Source: an uncultured Solirubrobacterales bacterium | GTDB lineage: Bacteria; Actinomycetota; Thermoleophilia; Solirubrobacterales; Solirubrobacteraceae | Assembly: GCA_963794845.1 (NCBI GenBank) | Contig: CAWCFD010000002.1 | Coordinates: forward strand, 890,960-954,959 | Direction of reading: 5' to 3' | DNA length: 64,000 nt | Part shown: piece after piece, positions 52,099 through 60,954 of the stretch | How the letters are laid out: every line of letters starts with the position of its first letter | Position numbering within the stretch: position 1 is the stretch's first letter | Program-made: the position numbers and the translations under genes | Notes under the pieces: model-generated | Seen by the model: the letters and a program-made list of their open reading frames with translations, nothing else | Told to the model about the DNA's origin: nothing | Databases searched by the model: none

Positions 52099-52226
52099 CG
52101 TTTCCGAACCTGAGGGAGCGTCTCGGCGTGGGTTCGCTCGAGCGGGGTGAGGAGTGTCGCTGGGGGCCGCTGAGGGGTCCGCGGAAAAATTCCGTCCCAG
52201 TCGTTTGCAAATCTGGGTCGATGTCC
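52096..52226. repeat. diverged direct repeat flanking the VapBC cassette, right copy
   Basis: See 51205..51370. This copy leads into the ATG (52221) of the repeat-protein gene. Confidence 0.6.
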
Positions 52227-52900
52227 ACGACGGCGACGATCGAGCCGGCCGGCGCCTGCCAAGCGTTCCGGCCCACGTTCAGCGAGCTGCTCGCTAGCGA
52301 AGACCGTGAGCTTTTGCGCGAGCCGCTGCGTCGGTGGATGGCCAAGCGCGAGGAGCGGGCGAGTGCGGCGTTCATCTACGAGGGGTGTTTGAGGGCCGGC
52401 GGCGAGCCCGGGTTCGTGCGCGATTCGATCCGCGAGTGGCTCCAGAGCAACGCCGAGGCGCAGAGCGCGCGGGCCGTCTACGCGGCGTGGCTTGCGGCCG
52501 GCGGGGAGCCTGCACTCCTGCAGGGACCGATCGGCCGGTGGGTCGCTGTGCACGGCGATGAGCCGGCGGCGCGGTTCGTGTACGTCACATGGCTGATGGC
52601 CGCGAAAGACGTGCGGCCGTTCGCCGAGCCGATCAGCGCCTGGCTTGCCGCACACGTCGATGAGCCGGACACCCACTACGTGCTCGTCGAGCGGCTGCGG
52701 GCGGCGATCCCGACGTTGCCGGTGGCCACGTCGAGCGGTGGCTTTCCCTGCACGGTGAGCGTCCCGAGGCGAGCTTCCTGTTCACCGCATGGCTCACGAA
52801 GGAGGGTGAGCACGAGCTGGTGGCAGCACCTGTGCGGCGCTGGCTGGCGCTCCGCGGCGACACTCGCGGTCGGTTAGGGCAGTTGCGCCGGATCGCGTTC
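52221..52900 (+). pseudogene. ~35-aa tandem-repeat protein (W-L-x-A-G-G-E-P type repeats), frameshifted and 3'-truncated
   Basis: Repeats RRWMAKRE..FIYEGCLRAGGEPGF, REWLQSNAE..VYAAWLAAGGEPAL, GRWVAVHGD..FVYVTWLMAAKD, SAWLAAHVD. After ~52705 the repeat continues only in another frame (GDPDVAGGHVERWLSLHGERPEASFLFTAWLTKEGE..VRRWLALRGD). Confidence 0.55.
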
Positions 52901-52902
52901 GC

Positions 52903-53193
52903 TCACTCCCCAACCGGCCAGTGCTCGACGTCGAGCCCTGCCATCGGGAAGCGCTTGGGGGTGCCCGTCGCCAGTCGCGCGCCGATTCCGGCGGCGGCGG
53001 CGGCGATGAAGCAGTCCGCCTGGCTGAGGGTGATGCCCTTGCGCGCGTGCGCCCTGCGCCAGCGGCCCGCGCGCAAGCCCTCCGCCCGTCCGAGCGGCGC
53101 GAGCTGCATGCCTTGCAGGAATTGCGTTACCACCGGCTCCTCCTCATCGCGTGTTCCGTGCAGCACCTCCTCGACGTTGTAGCGTAAGCGCAT
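52903..53193 (-). pseudogene. 5'-truncated PIN (VapC-like) gene
   Basis: C-terminal PIN half GITLSQADCFIAAAAAGIGARLATGTPKRFPMAGLDVEHW. An in-frame stop 8 codons upstream of the Met removes the N-terminal Asp-containing strand. No antitoxin is adjacent. Confidence 0.5.
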
Positions 53194-54112
53194 GCACTCG
53201 GCATGGCCTGCGCTTCCCTACGAGCAGTGGAGCGACACCTGCGACACGCTGCACGCTCACACGCAGGTGCTCGGCAAGCTGGCTGCGACGCTCGCCCCGC
53301 CGGAGCCCCAGCTCCAGCACGCCGCGCTGCGGCTCACCGCGCGCGGCTGGGAGACGCTCGCGCTGCCCGCGCCGGATGGCTCGGGCGCGCTCGTCGTGGC
53401 GCTCGACCTGCACGCCCACGAGGCGATCGCGGAGCACGGCGACGGGCGCGCGCTGCGCGTCGCGCTCACCCCCAACCGGCCGGTGGGGGAGGTCACGCGC
53501 GATCTGCTTCAGGCGGTCAGAACGCTCGCGGGCGCGGTCGAGATCGACCCCACCCCGCAGGAGGTGTCGTGGACCGTGCCGCTCGACGAGGACCACGAGC
53601 ACACGCGCTACGACCCCTCCCAGGTGGCCTCCTACTTCGCCGCGGCGACCCGTGCCGCGCTTGTGCTCGCCGCGTTCAGGGCGCCCTATCGCGGACGCTC
53701 CACGCCCGTCAACGCCTGGTGGGGCTCGTTCGACCTCGCGGTCAACCTCTTCTCCGGCCTTCCCGCCGACCCGCCGTCGAAGGACTTCATCATGCGCAAC
53801 GCCATGGACGCCCAGGAGGTGGCCGTGGGGTGGTGGCCCGGAGACTCCCGCTACGAAAAGGCCGCCTTCTACGCCTACGCCCACCCGGCCCCTGACGGGT
53901 TCGCCTCCGCGACGCTCTCGCCTCCCGCCGCGCGCTGGGAGGCGTCGCTCGGCGAGTACGTGCTCGACTGGGACGACGTCCGCGCGAGTCCCGACCCGCA
54001 CGCGTTCGCGCTCGACTTCGCGCGCTCTGCCTTCCGCCACGCCTGCCTGGTGTGCGAGTGGGACCCGGCGCTGGGCGCCAGCGCCGAAGGAACGCCCCCG
54101 CCGGTGGCCTGA
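53192..54112 (+). CDS. conserved hypothetical protein (DUF5996-like)
   Basis: WPALPYEQWSDTCDTLHAHTQVLGKL...NAWWGSFDLAVNLFSG...AFYAYAHPAP matches my recollection of the DUF5996 family. The 865-aa track ORF in another frame is rejected. Confidence 0.55.
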   Translation: MHSAWPALPYEQWSDTCDTLHAHTQVLGKLAATLAPPEPQLQHAALRLTARGWETLALPAPDGSGALVVALDLHAHEAIAEHGDGRALRVALTPNRPVGEVTRDLLQAVRTLAGAVEIDPTPQEVSWTVPLDEDHEHTRYDPSQVASYFAAATRAALVLAAFRAPYRGRSTPVNAWWGSFDLAVNLFSGLPADPPSKDFIMRNAMDAQEVAVGWWPGDSRYEKAAFYAYAHPAPDGFASATLSPPAARWEASLGEYVLDWDDVRASPDPHAFALDFARSAFRHACLVCEWDPALGASAEGTPPPVA

Positions 54113-54114
54113 CC

Positions 54115-54489
54115 TCACTCCGTTTCGATCTGCTCCCGAAACCACTGGGAGGGCTCGACGCTCGCTCCCTCCGCGTGCACGCGGTCCGACAGCCAGTGGT
54201 CGGAGGTCACCACGCGCACCAATCCCGGCTCGGGCTCGGCCTTCAGCAGGCGCACGATCTCGTCGTCGGCGGAGTCGCGTCGCGGCCGGGGGGCGTGCTT
54301 CACCTCGATCACGCTCGAGCGGATCGGGGGCCTCGGCGGCTGCTCGAACACGACGGTCACGTCCTCCCCGCCGCAGGACGCCCACAGCTCGAGCTGGCCC
54401 ACGAGCCTCACCATCGCTCCGTGGCGATCGTTCCACCACCCGTCGGGCCTCGTGCCGATCACGTTCATACCGTCCACCAGCCAGCGCAT
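54115..54489 (-). CDS. NYN/YacP-like RNA-binding (PIN-like) domain protein
   Basis: MRWLVDGMNVIGTRPDGWWNDR...VVTSDHWLSDRV. Confidence 0.65.
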   Translation of the reverse strand: MRWLVDGMNVIGTRPDGWWNDRHGAMVRLVGQLELWASCGGEDVTVVFEQPPRPPIRSSVIEVKHAPRPRRDSADDEIVRLLKAEPEPGLVRVVTSDHWLSDRVHAEGASVEPSQWFREQIETE

Positions 54490-54575
54490 TGGGCTCAGCC
54501 TATGCCGTCCGTAGTCTCTACGCCTCACACACGGGACTACCACCGAGGTCGCGCCACCGTGGTGGGTCTAGCGTG

Positions 54576-55748
54576 ATGCTCGTGCCAGGCCGCAGCTATC
54601 GGATCGCCCGCATCGCCGGCATCCCGGTCGGCGTGAGCCCTTGGTGGCTCGTGATCGTCGGCCTCATCACCTGGACGCTCGGCGACAGCTACTTCCCGAG
54701 CGTGGTCCACAACATCTCGCCCGGCCTCTCCTACGCGCTCGGTCTCGCCTCGGCGCTGCTCTTGTTCGTGAGCATCCTCGCGCACGAGTTCGGCCACGCG
54801 ATCGTAGCCCGCCGTCACGGCATCGAAGTGGAGGAGATCGACCTGTGGCTGCTCGGCGGGGTCTCCAAGATGCGCGACGAGGCCCACGATCCCGACGACG
54901 AGCTGCGCTACGCGCTCGCCGGCCCCGCCGTCACCGCCGTTGTGGCGGTCGTGTTCGGCGCCATCTCGCTCGCGCTCCCGGAATCGAGCCCCTCGGTGTT
55001 GCGCGCGCTCGTCGACTATCAGCTGCTCGTCAACGTGCTCATCCTCGGCTTCAACCTGCTGCCCGCCTTCCCGCTCGACGGCGGGCGCGTGCTGCGCTCG
55101 CTGATGTGGCGCCATAACCACGACCTGGAGCGCTCGACCAACACGGCGGCGGGCGTGGGGCGCATGTTCGGGTACCTGATGATCGGCTTCGGCCTGCTCG
55201 AGCTGTTCGCCGGCTATGCGGGTGGTCTGTGGCTGGCGGTGATAGGGCTGTTCATCGTGGCGGCCGCCGGGGCGCAGGCGGTGAGCGCCCAGGTTCAGGC
55301 CACCTTCTCGGGCGTGCACGCGCGCGAGCTAATGTCCACCCCGGTCGTGTCCATCCCGCTCGACGTGTCGCTCGAGCAGGCGGGCGTCGACTACTTCCTG
55401 CCCTACCTCTACACCGCCTTCCCCGTGGTCGACGCGGCCGGGCATTTCGGCGGCGTGATCGCCGTCAACCGCGTCGAGGCCATCCCGCGGCCCGAGCGCT
55501 CCTCGCGGCTCGTGGCCGACGTCGCCGACCGCGACCCCGAGCTCGCGATCGGGGAAGAGGAGGACGTCGCCACGCTGCTCTCGCGCCCCGCCTTCGGCCG
55601 CGTCGGGCGCGCGGTCGTGGTGGACGCCTCGGGCTCGCCCGTGGGGCTGCTGTCGATCACCGACATCCAGCGCACCCTGCGCGCGGCTCGCCTCGGCAAC
55701 GGTGGCGTCAGGTCCCCGAAAGCGCCTTCAAGGGTGTCATCCGGGTGA
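54576..55748 (+). CDS. site-2 (M50) metalloprotease with tandem CBS domains
   Basis: HEFGHAIVARRHG, FNLLPAFPLDGGRVLRS, multiple TM helices, and a C-terminal CBS pair (MSTPVVSIPLD..., VVVDASGSPVGLLSITDI). Confidence 0.85.
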   Translation: MLVPGRSYRIARIAGIPVGVSPWWLVIVGLITWTLGDSYFPSVVHNISPGLSYALGLASALLLFVSILAHEFGHAIVARRHGIEVEEIDLWLLGGVSKMRDEAHDPDDELRYALAGPAVTAVVAVVFGAISLALPESSPSVLRALVDYQLLVNVLILGFNLLPAFPLDGGRVLRSLMWRHNHDLERSTNTAAGVGRMFGYLMIGFGLLELFAGYAGGLWLAVIGLFIVAAAGAQAVSAQVQATFSGVHARELMSTPVVSIPLDVSLEQAGVDYFLPYLYTAFPVVDAAGHFGGVIAVNRVEAIPRPERSSRLVADVADRDPELAIGEEEDVATLLSRPAFGRVGRAVVVDASGSPVGLLSITDIQRTLRAARLGNGGVRSPKAPSRVSSG

Positions 55749-56814
55749 CGCGCCAGGCTGGGTAGATGCCGCCGAGCACGCCGATGGCCACGCCCACCAG
55801 CAGTCCGCGGCCGAGGCCCCACGCCGTCACCGACGGCGAAACGTAGCCGCTCACGCCGAGCGCCCTCACGAGCTCCTCGCCGCCGATCACGCCCAGCAGC
55901 AGCCCGCCCGTGGCGCCGAGGATGCTCACCGCTATACCCTCGCCGAGGATCAGGGTCGCAACCCGTCCCGGGGACCAGCCGACGGTGCTGAGCAGCCCCA
56001 GCTCGCCGCGGCGTTCGGCGATCGCCATCGCCATCGTGTTCGTCACGCCGATGATGCCCACGATGATCGCGATCGCCACGATCACGAGGATCGCCTTGGA
56101 GATGAGCGTCCCGTTGGCGCCCGCCCGCAGCGCCTGCTCGGGAGTCGTGATCGCCTGAGTGCCGGGGAAGCTCCGTTCGATCGCCCTGCCCGCGACGTCC
56201 GCGCGCGTGCCCGAGGAGAGCTGCGCGATCACGTTCGTCACCTCGCCGGAGCGTTCGATGAGCCGCTGAGCCTCGCCGAGGTCCAGGATGGCGCCGGAGT
56301 CCTCGAACAGGATGCCCGAGTGATAGACGCCCGCCACCCTGAAGCGGCGGCCCTTGACGGCGAGCACGCTTCCGGGGGAGAGATGCCGCTGGGCGGCGAG
56401 CCGATCTCCCACGAGCGCTTCGCGGTGCGGGGCGATTGGCCGCGCGCCGCCGACCATCACGAGTTGTTTTGCGAAGAACCCACTCGACTGCGCCCCGAAC
56501 ACGACGGCCGAGGGATCGGACTTGACGCCTTCGACGATCAACAGCAGCGGCGTCGCCTGCGCCACCTGCGGGAGCCCCCTGAGTCGTTCAACCATCAATT
56601 CGGGCAGCACGGAGGTCGTGGGGTCCGAGACGTTGGCCTGGAACACTCCCAGCTCGGACCCACCGAGGTGTACGAACCCCGCGGCGCTTTCGCGCAGGCC
56701 CTGCGTGAACGACAGCAGCGCCACGATCGTGGCCACGCCCACGGCGATCCCGGCCGCCGTGAGCAGCGTGCGCGCCGGCCGCCGCCTCAGGTTGGTGACG
56801 ATGATCGACAGCAT
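55708..56814 (-). CDS. ABC transporter permease (FtsX/MacB-type)
   Basis: N-terminal TM, a large periplasmic-type domain, then a C-terminal FtsX-like 3-TM block (IVAIAIIVGIIGVTNTMAMAIAERRGELGLL). Confidence 0.8.
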   Translation of the reverse strand: MLSIIVTNLRRRPARTLLTAAGIAVGVATIVALLSFTQGLRESAAGFVHLGGSELGVFQANVSDPTTSVLPELMVERLRGLPQVAQATPLLLIVEGVKSDPSAVVFGAQSSGFFAKQLVMVGGARPIAPHREALVGDRLAAQRHLSPGSVLAVKGRRFRVAGVYHSGILFEDSGAILDLGEAQRLIERSGEVTNVIAQLSSGTRADVAGRAIERSFPGTQAITTPEQALRAGANGTLISKAILVIVAIAIIVGIIGVTNTMAMAIAERRGELGLLSTVGWSPGRVATLILGEGIAVSILGATGGLLLGVIGGEELVRALGVSGYVSPSVTAWGLGRGLLVGVAIGVLGGIYPAWRVTRMTPLKALSGT

Positions 56815-56818
56815 CCGC

Positions 56819-57511
56819 TCAGCCCGCCGGCGCCCGCGCGTCGCTGTCGCGGATCAGCCCGTCGACGATCGTCACCGTCTGGTCGGCGCGGGCACCGACC
56901 GCGCTGTCGTAGCTGACGAGAATCATCGTCATGCCGAGTCGGTCGCGCAACCCGAACAGCAGGTCGAGCACGCGCTCGGAGGTGGCGGAGTCGAGTGCTC
57001 CCGTCGGCTCGTCGGCGAGCAGCAGGCGCGGTTCGTTGGCGAGCGCCCTCGCCACCGCCACGCGCTGACGCTCGCCACCGGAGAGCTGTGCGGGGATGTG
57101 CTCCGCGCGCTCTGCCAAACCCACCTGCTCGAGCAGCCGCTGCGCTCGCATGCGACGCTCGGAGCGGCGCATGCCCGCTCCGAGCAGCGGCACTTCGACG
57201 TTCGCCCGCGCCGAGAGCGTCTCGAGCAGCAGGTGGCGCTGGAACACGAAGCCCACCACTTCACGGCGCGCCCGCGCGGTGCGCGGCTCGCTCCAGACCG
57301 CCCGTCCGTCGATCAGCACCCTGCCCGCGTCGGGTCGCTCCAGACCGCCGATCAGGGCGAGCAGCGTGCTCTTGCCCGAGCCGCTGCGCCCGGTGACGAG
57401 CACCACCTCGCCGGGGGCGACGTGCAGGGATGCCTCGCGCAGCGCGCTGATCCTTCCGAAGCTCTTGGCGACGCGCTCGACGAGAACCTCTGCGCCGGCG
57501 TGCGCGCTCAC
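56819..57511 (-). CDS. ABC transporter ATP-binding protein (MacB/LolD-like)
   Basis: GRSGSGKSTLL, LSGGERQRVAVARAL, LLLADEPTGALD. Confidence 0.92.
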   Translation of the reverse strand: MSAHAGAEVLVERVAKSFGRISALREASLHVAPGEVVLVTGRSGSGKSTLLALIGGLERPDAGRVLIDGRAVWSEPRTARARREVVGFVFQRHLLLETLSARANVEVPLLGAGMRRSERRMRAQRLLEQVGLAERAEHIPAQLSGGERQRVAVARALANEPRLLLADEPTGALDSATSERVLDLLFGLRDRLGMTMILVSYDSAVGARADQTVTIVDGLIRDSDARAPAG

Positions 57512-57595
57512 GTGAGGATCCGAGCGGCGTTGTGGAGACTGCTCACTGCAGCCATCATGATGAGCGAATCGGCGGCGGAAGGGCTCGGTCGGGCC

Positions 57596-57847
57596 TCAAG
57601 CGGCCGCCGGCATGAGCGGCCGCACGGGACGCATGCCGAGCTCTGCCACCGACTGCGCCGAGCACACGATCAGCTCGAGCGTGGCGCAGTCCTCGATCTC
57701 GACGAGCAGCTCTCCGCGCGGGTCGTCGAGGAGCGTGCGCTCGACATGGAACAGCATCGTGCCGTCGGTCAGATAGCCGCGGTCCAAGCGGGCGGGCCGG
57801 ACGTCCCCGGCCCTGCGCCTTGGATTTGTCTGGCGTACACGGGGCAT
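57596..57847 (-). CDS. hypothetical small protein
   Basis: 83-aa ORF in an otherwise unassigned gap. No motif recognised. Confidence 0.3.
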   Translation of the reverse strand: MPRVRQTNPRRRAGDVRPARLDRGYLTDGTMLFHVERTLLDDPRGELLVEIEDCATLELIVCSAQSVAELGMRPVRPLMPAAA

Positions 57848-57955
57848 GACACGAACCTACCCTTCCGGGCCGCCTCCGCCGTCGGTAGGGGGTGCTGGTC
57901 TGTATGCGGGAAATCACGGAAACCGTCTCTGCGTGACCCACGGAGCTCATGGAGC

Positions 57956-59101
57956 TCATGGCGTTCGCGGGCGCTCGCGCGCCAGTCCCAGCGCGCCGAC
58001 CGAGCAGGCCACGATGCTGAGCAGCGCCGCGACCACGATCGCCGCCGCCTGGGGCGGCGTCAGCACGTGAGCGGGCACGCCCAGCGCCACCAGCGCAGCG
58101 GGCACGCCGAGCTGCGCGGATGCCACCAGACCCGCGGCCCTGGGGAGGCGCACGATCCGCGCGCCAAGCACGTGCACCGCCACATTGAGCGCCGCCAGGG
58201 CGCCGGCGAGCGCGATCAGGGCCGGATCTGAGAACAGCCCGCGCAGGTCCAGGCGCGCCCCGAGCACCACGAAGAACAGCGGGATGAAGAAGCCGCCGGC
58301 GATCCCAAGCACCTCGTTGGACAAACGTTTAGGACCACCGATCGAGGCCACCATCAGCCCCGCTCCGAATCCGGCGATCAGCAGGCTCGCGCCGCTGCGC
58401 TCGGTCAGCCAGGCCAGCCCGAACAGCACGATCAGCGCCATGCGCAGGTCCACGGCCCAGCCGCGCCGCTTGCCGAGCTGCCTGAGCTTCTGCACGTCGG
58501 CACGCCGGCGAAGGTGTCGCGCGGCCATCAGCATCGCGATCACGCAGGCGGCCACGATCGCGCTACCCACCACTATTCGGTCGGTGCGCGCCGGAGCGAG
58601 CACGAGCGGCACCGCCACCATCGCGCCGATGTCGGCCACCGTCACCTGCGCCATCACCGCGAGCGCCGTCGGTCCGGTCAAGCCGCGTTCCTGCAGGATC
58701 GGCAGCACCACGGCGGCCGACCCGGAGGCGATCAACACCGCATACACCGCCGGGTGCCCGGCGCCCCCGATGCGCGACACGAGCAGCCCGGCGCCGACCG
58801 CGATCGCCGCCACGATCGCGGCGGTCGTGGCGCCTGTGCCGAGCGACTCCCGTATCCCGCGCTCGCGCAGCGGGACGCTCATGCCGACCGCGAACATCAG
58901 CATCGCGAAGCCGATTTCCGACAGGAATGCGAGCGTCGCGTTGCCCGTGTCGATCGCATCGAGGCCGCTGCGTCCGAGCACGATCCCCGCCAGCAGCTCT
59001 CCCACGACCACCGGCACCGCGCCGCGGCCGGCCGCCGCCAGCAGCGGTCCGGCAAAGCCGCACAGGCCGATCAGCGCGAGCGTGCCGAAGCTCATGTCCA
59101 C
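57956..59101 (-). CDS. cation:proton antiporter (CPA-type Na+/H+ or K+/H+ exchanger)
   Basis: Polytopic membrane protein: VVGELLAGIVLGRSGL..LSEIGFAMLMFAVGMSV. Confidence 0.8.
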   Translation of the reverse strand: MDMSFGTLALIGLCGFAGPLLAAAGRGAVPVVVGELLAGIVLGRSGLDAIDTGNATLAFLSEIGFAMLMFAVGMSVPLRERGIRESLGTGATTAAIVAAIAVGAGLLVSRIGGAGHPAVYAVLIASGSAAVVLPILQERGLTGPTALAVMAQVTVADIGAMVAVPLVLAPARTDRIVVGSAIVAACVIAMLMAARHLRRRADVQKLRQLGKRRGWAVDLRMALIVLFGLAWLTERSGASLLIAGFGAGLMVASIGGPKRLSNEVLGIAGGFFIPLFFVVLGARLDLRGLFSDPALIALAGALAALNVAVHVLGARIVRLPRAAGLVASAQLGVPAALVALGVPAHVLTPPQAAAIVVAALLSIVACSVGALGLARERPRTP

Positions 59102-59105
59102 CTGC

Positions 59106-60584
59106 TCATGCCGGGTCCAGCAGGTGCAGATTCAGCTCCTGCGTCCGCTCGGGAGTGACGAGGGCATTGGTCTGGCTCAGCAGTTCCAGCACCCGGTCGT
59201 GGTCGCTCCAGCTCATCAGCGACGCCCAGCGTTGAGCGCGGTCGATCATGCGCCATAGGGGCGTCGGGTTGTCGTTGTGGCTGAGCGCGCGCAGCGCGCT
59301 CATGTACTCGTCGCGATAGGACAGGGGCACCATCACGCGGCACATCCCCGCGGCGCTCAGCTCCGCGTTCATCAGCGCGCGCGCCACACGTCCGTTGCCG
59401 TCCGCAAACGGGTGGACCTCGGCGATCAGGAACATCGCATAGATGGCCCGCGGCATTCCTGCGGGCAGCGTTCGGTAGAGCGTAAAGCCCTCGTGCAGCG
59501 TCCCGCGCACGAGATCGGGGTGAACGAACACGGTCATGCCCGCTCTGTTGCTCTGCTGCTTGTACTCGCCCGGCTCCATCTCCGGGCGTCCGACCATGAT
59601 CTGCCGGTGGGCCTCGCGAACGTAGTTCTCGAGCTGCTCGGCGCTGCTCGGCGCCGCCCTGCCCAGCCCAGGGTCGGTGATGACCTCGAAGGTGCCCTGG
59701 ACGTCGTGTGCGTCGGCGGGGCGCTGGGTGGGGATGCGTCCCTCGAAGACGATCTCCTCGGCCTGCTCGATCTCGAAGACGGTTCCCTCGATCCAGTTGG
59801 AGAAGTAGGCCTCGAAGAACGCGAACAGACGCTTCGGGTCCTCGGGCGCCGCTCGCCGCGAGAGCTCCTGACGGGCGAGCTCCGATCTGAGCGTCTCGAA
59901 AAGCCGCAGCCGGTCGCCGTCATAGCCCAGGCCCGCACGGCGTGCCCTTGCGGCCGGTGTGCGCAGTTCGTCCTCGCGGGTGCCAAGCAGCGCCCCGATG
60001 AGACGCTCGAGCGCGGTGAGCTGCTCCTCGGCGCCAAGCGCGGGAGCGATGGCGCGGGCTTCGTCGCGCAGCTCGTTCAGCGCCTCGTCGCCTCGGATGC
60101 GCGCCAGGCGGTCGAGGCGCTCCTCCTGCTCCTCGCGGCGCAGGGTGCGTCGCACGCCCATGCGTTCGCGCGAGGGCCGCATGTTCTCCAGAGCGGTGCG
60201 CGCCGGGCCGGCGATGTGCACGCGGGCGAACTCGACGTCGCCCTTGACGGGTCCCGGGCCCCTGCGCGGCCTGAGCGTCAGGCCGGGGAGCTCCACCGGC
60301 CGCGACCTGGCGGGTGTGGGGCCGCTGTCGAGGAACAGCGACCCATCGGACGCGGGCCCCGAGAGCACGGCGCTGCGGTCGACGACCACCGCCCCCGGGA
60401 AGTAGAGCGCGGCGACGTCATACCAGCGCCGACGCAACAGCTGCTCGGCGGGCTCGTCGAGATTGGTCGAATACAGCCCCCGCGCCAGGCGCCGGATCTC
60501 CCCCCGCCCCGCCGCGCGGCTGGCCCACCGCGGGTCCTCGGGGTTGAAGATCTCGGGCAGGTTCTCGCGCTTAGGGGTGGCCAT
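59106..60584 (-). CDS. AbiEi-like N-terminal domain fused to Fic domain
   Basis: N-terminal GEIRRLARGLYSTN...YFPGAVVVDRSA (AbiEi antitoxin-like) and a C-terminal Fic motif HPFADGNGRVARALMN. Confidence 0.7.
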   Translation of the reverse strand: MATPKRENLPEIFNPEDPRWASRAAGRGEIRRLARGLYSTNLDEPAEQLLRRRWYDVAALYFPGAVVVDRSAVLSGPASDGSLFLDSGPTPARSRPVELPGLTLRPRRGPGPVKGDVEFARVHIAGPARTALENMRPSRERMGVRRTLRREEQEERLDRLARIRGDEALNELRDEARAIAPALGAEEQLTALERLIGALLGTREDELRTPAARARRAGLGYDGDRLRLFETLRSELARQELSRRAAPEDPKRLFAFFEAYFSNWIEGTVFEIEQAEEIVFEGRIPTQRPADAHDVQGTFEVITDPGLGRAAPSSAEQLENYVREAHRQIMVGRPEMEPGEYKQQSNRAGMTVFVHPDLVRGTLHEGFTLYRTLPAGMPRAIYAMFLIAEVHPFADGNGRVARALMNAELSAAGMCRVMVPLSYRDEYMSALRALSHNDNPTPLWRMIDRAQRWASLMSWSDHDRVLELLSQTNALVTPERTQELNLHLLDPA

Positions 60585-60594
60585 GGGTGGGCTA

Positions 60595-60648
60595 TGGTGG
60601 AAGAAGTCGTACTTAGCGCCGCGATTTGGTGGAAGAAGTCGTACTTAG
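60595..60648. repeat. two 22-bp perfect direct repeats upstream of the AbiEi-Fic gene
   Basis: TGGTGGAAGAAGTCGTACTTAG at 60595-60616 and 60627-60648 (32-bp period), 11-64 nt upstream of the minus-strand ATG. Confidence 0.85.
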
Positions 60649-60699
60649 TATAGGGCGCCCCATCGACTGGCCATCCGCGTTGAGAACACTTGGGCGATC

Positions 60700-60739
60700 A
60701 GACGATTATGCGTCTACACGAGTAGACGTTGAATCGTCT
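60700..60739. promoter_or_regulatory. 40-nt nested palindrome with GTCTAC motifs
   Basis: AGACGATT-ATG-CGTCTAC-ACGA-GTAGACG-TTG-AATCGTCT. Further GTCTA(C/G)A-like copies occur at ~60737 and ~60893, between the Fic gene and paralog 3. Confidence 0.4.
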
Positions 60740-60954
60740 AGATGCATATGCGGCTGACCATGCCCCACCTTGCAGTGGGCACGACGGAAGAGGGTATTTG
60801 GACGACAAACGAGGCTTCGGATGGTGCGGCAATCCAGGGTGGGGGCCTGCCCCGGCGACTGAGACCGCATCGAAGCGGGTAGATGAGGGTTGTCTACAGA
60901 AACACTGGTCGCTACATAGATGGTGTGGTTCGGCTTTTCACGGAGGAGGACGGC

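Noticed and set aside
53151-55748. 865-aa plus-strand ORF
   Set aside because: Its first ~470 codons are Arg/Pro/Ser-rich read-through in the wrong frame across the DUF5996-like gene and the antisense of the NYN gene. Only the last 390 codons (from 54576) form the M50 protease.
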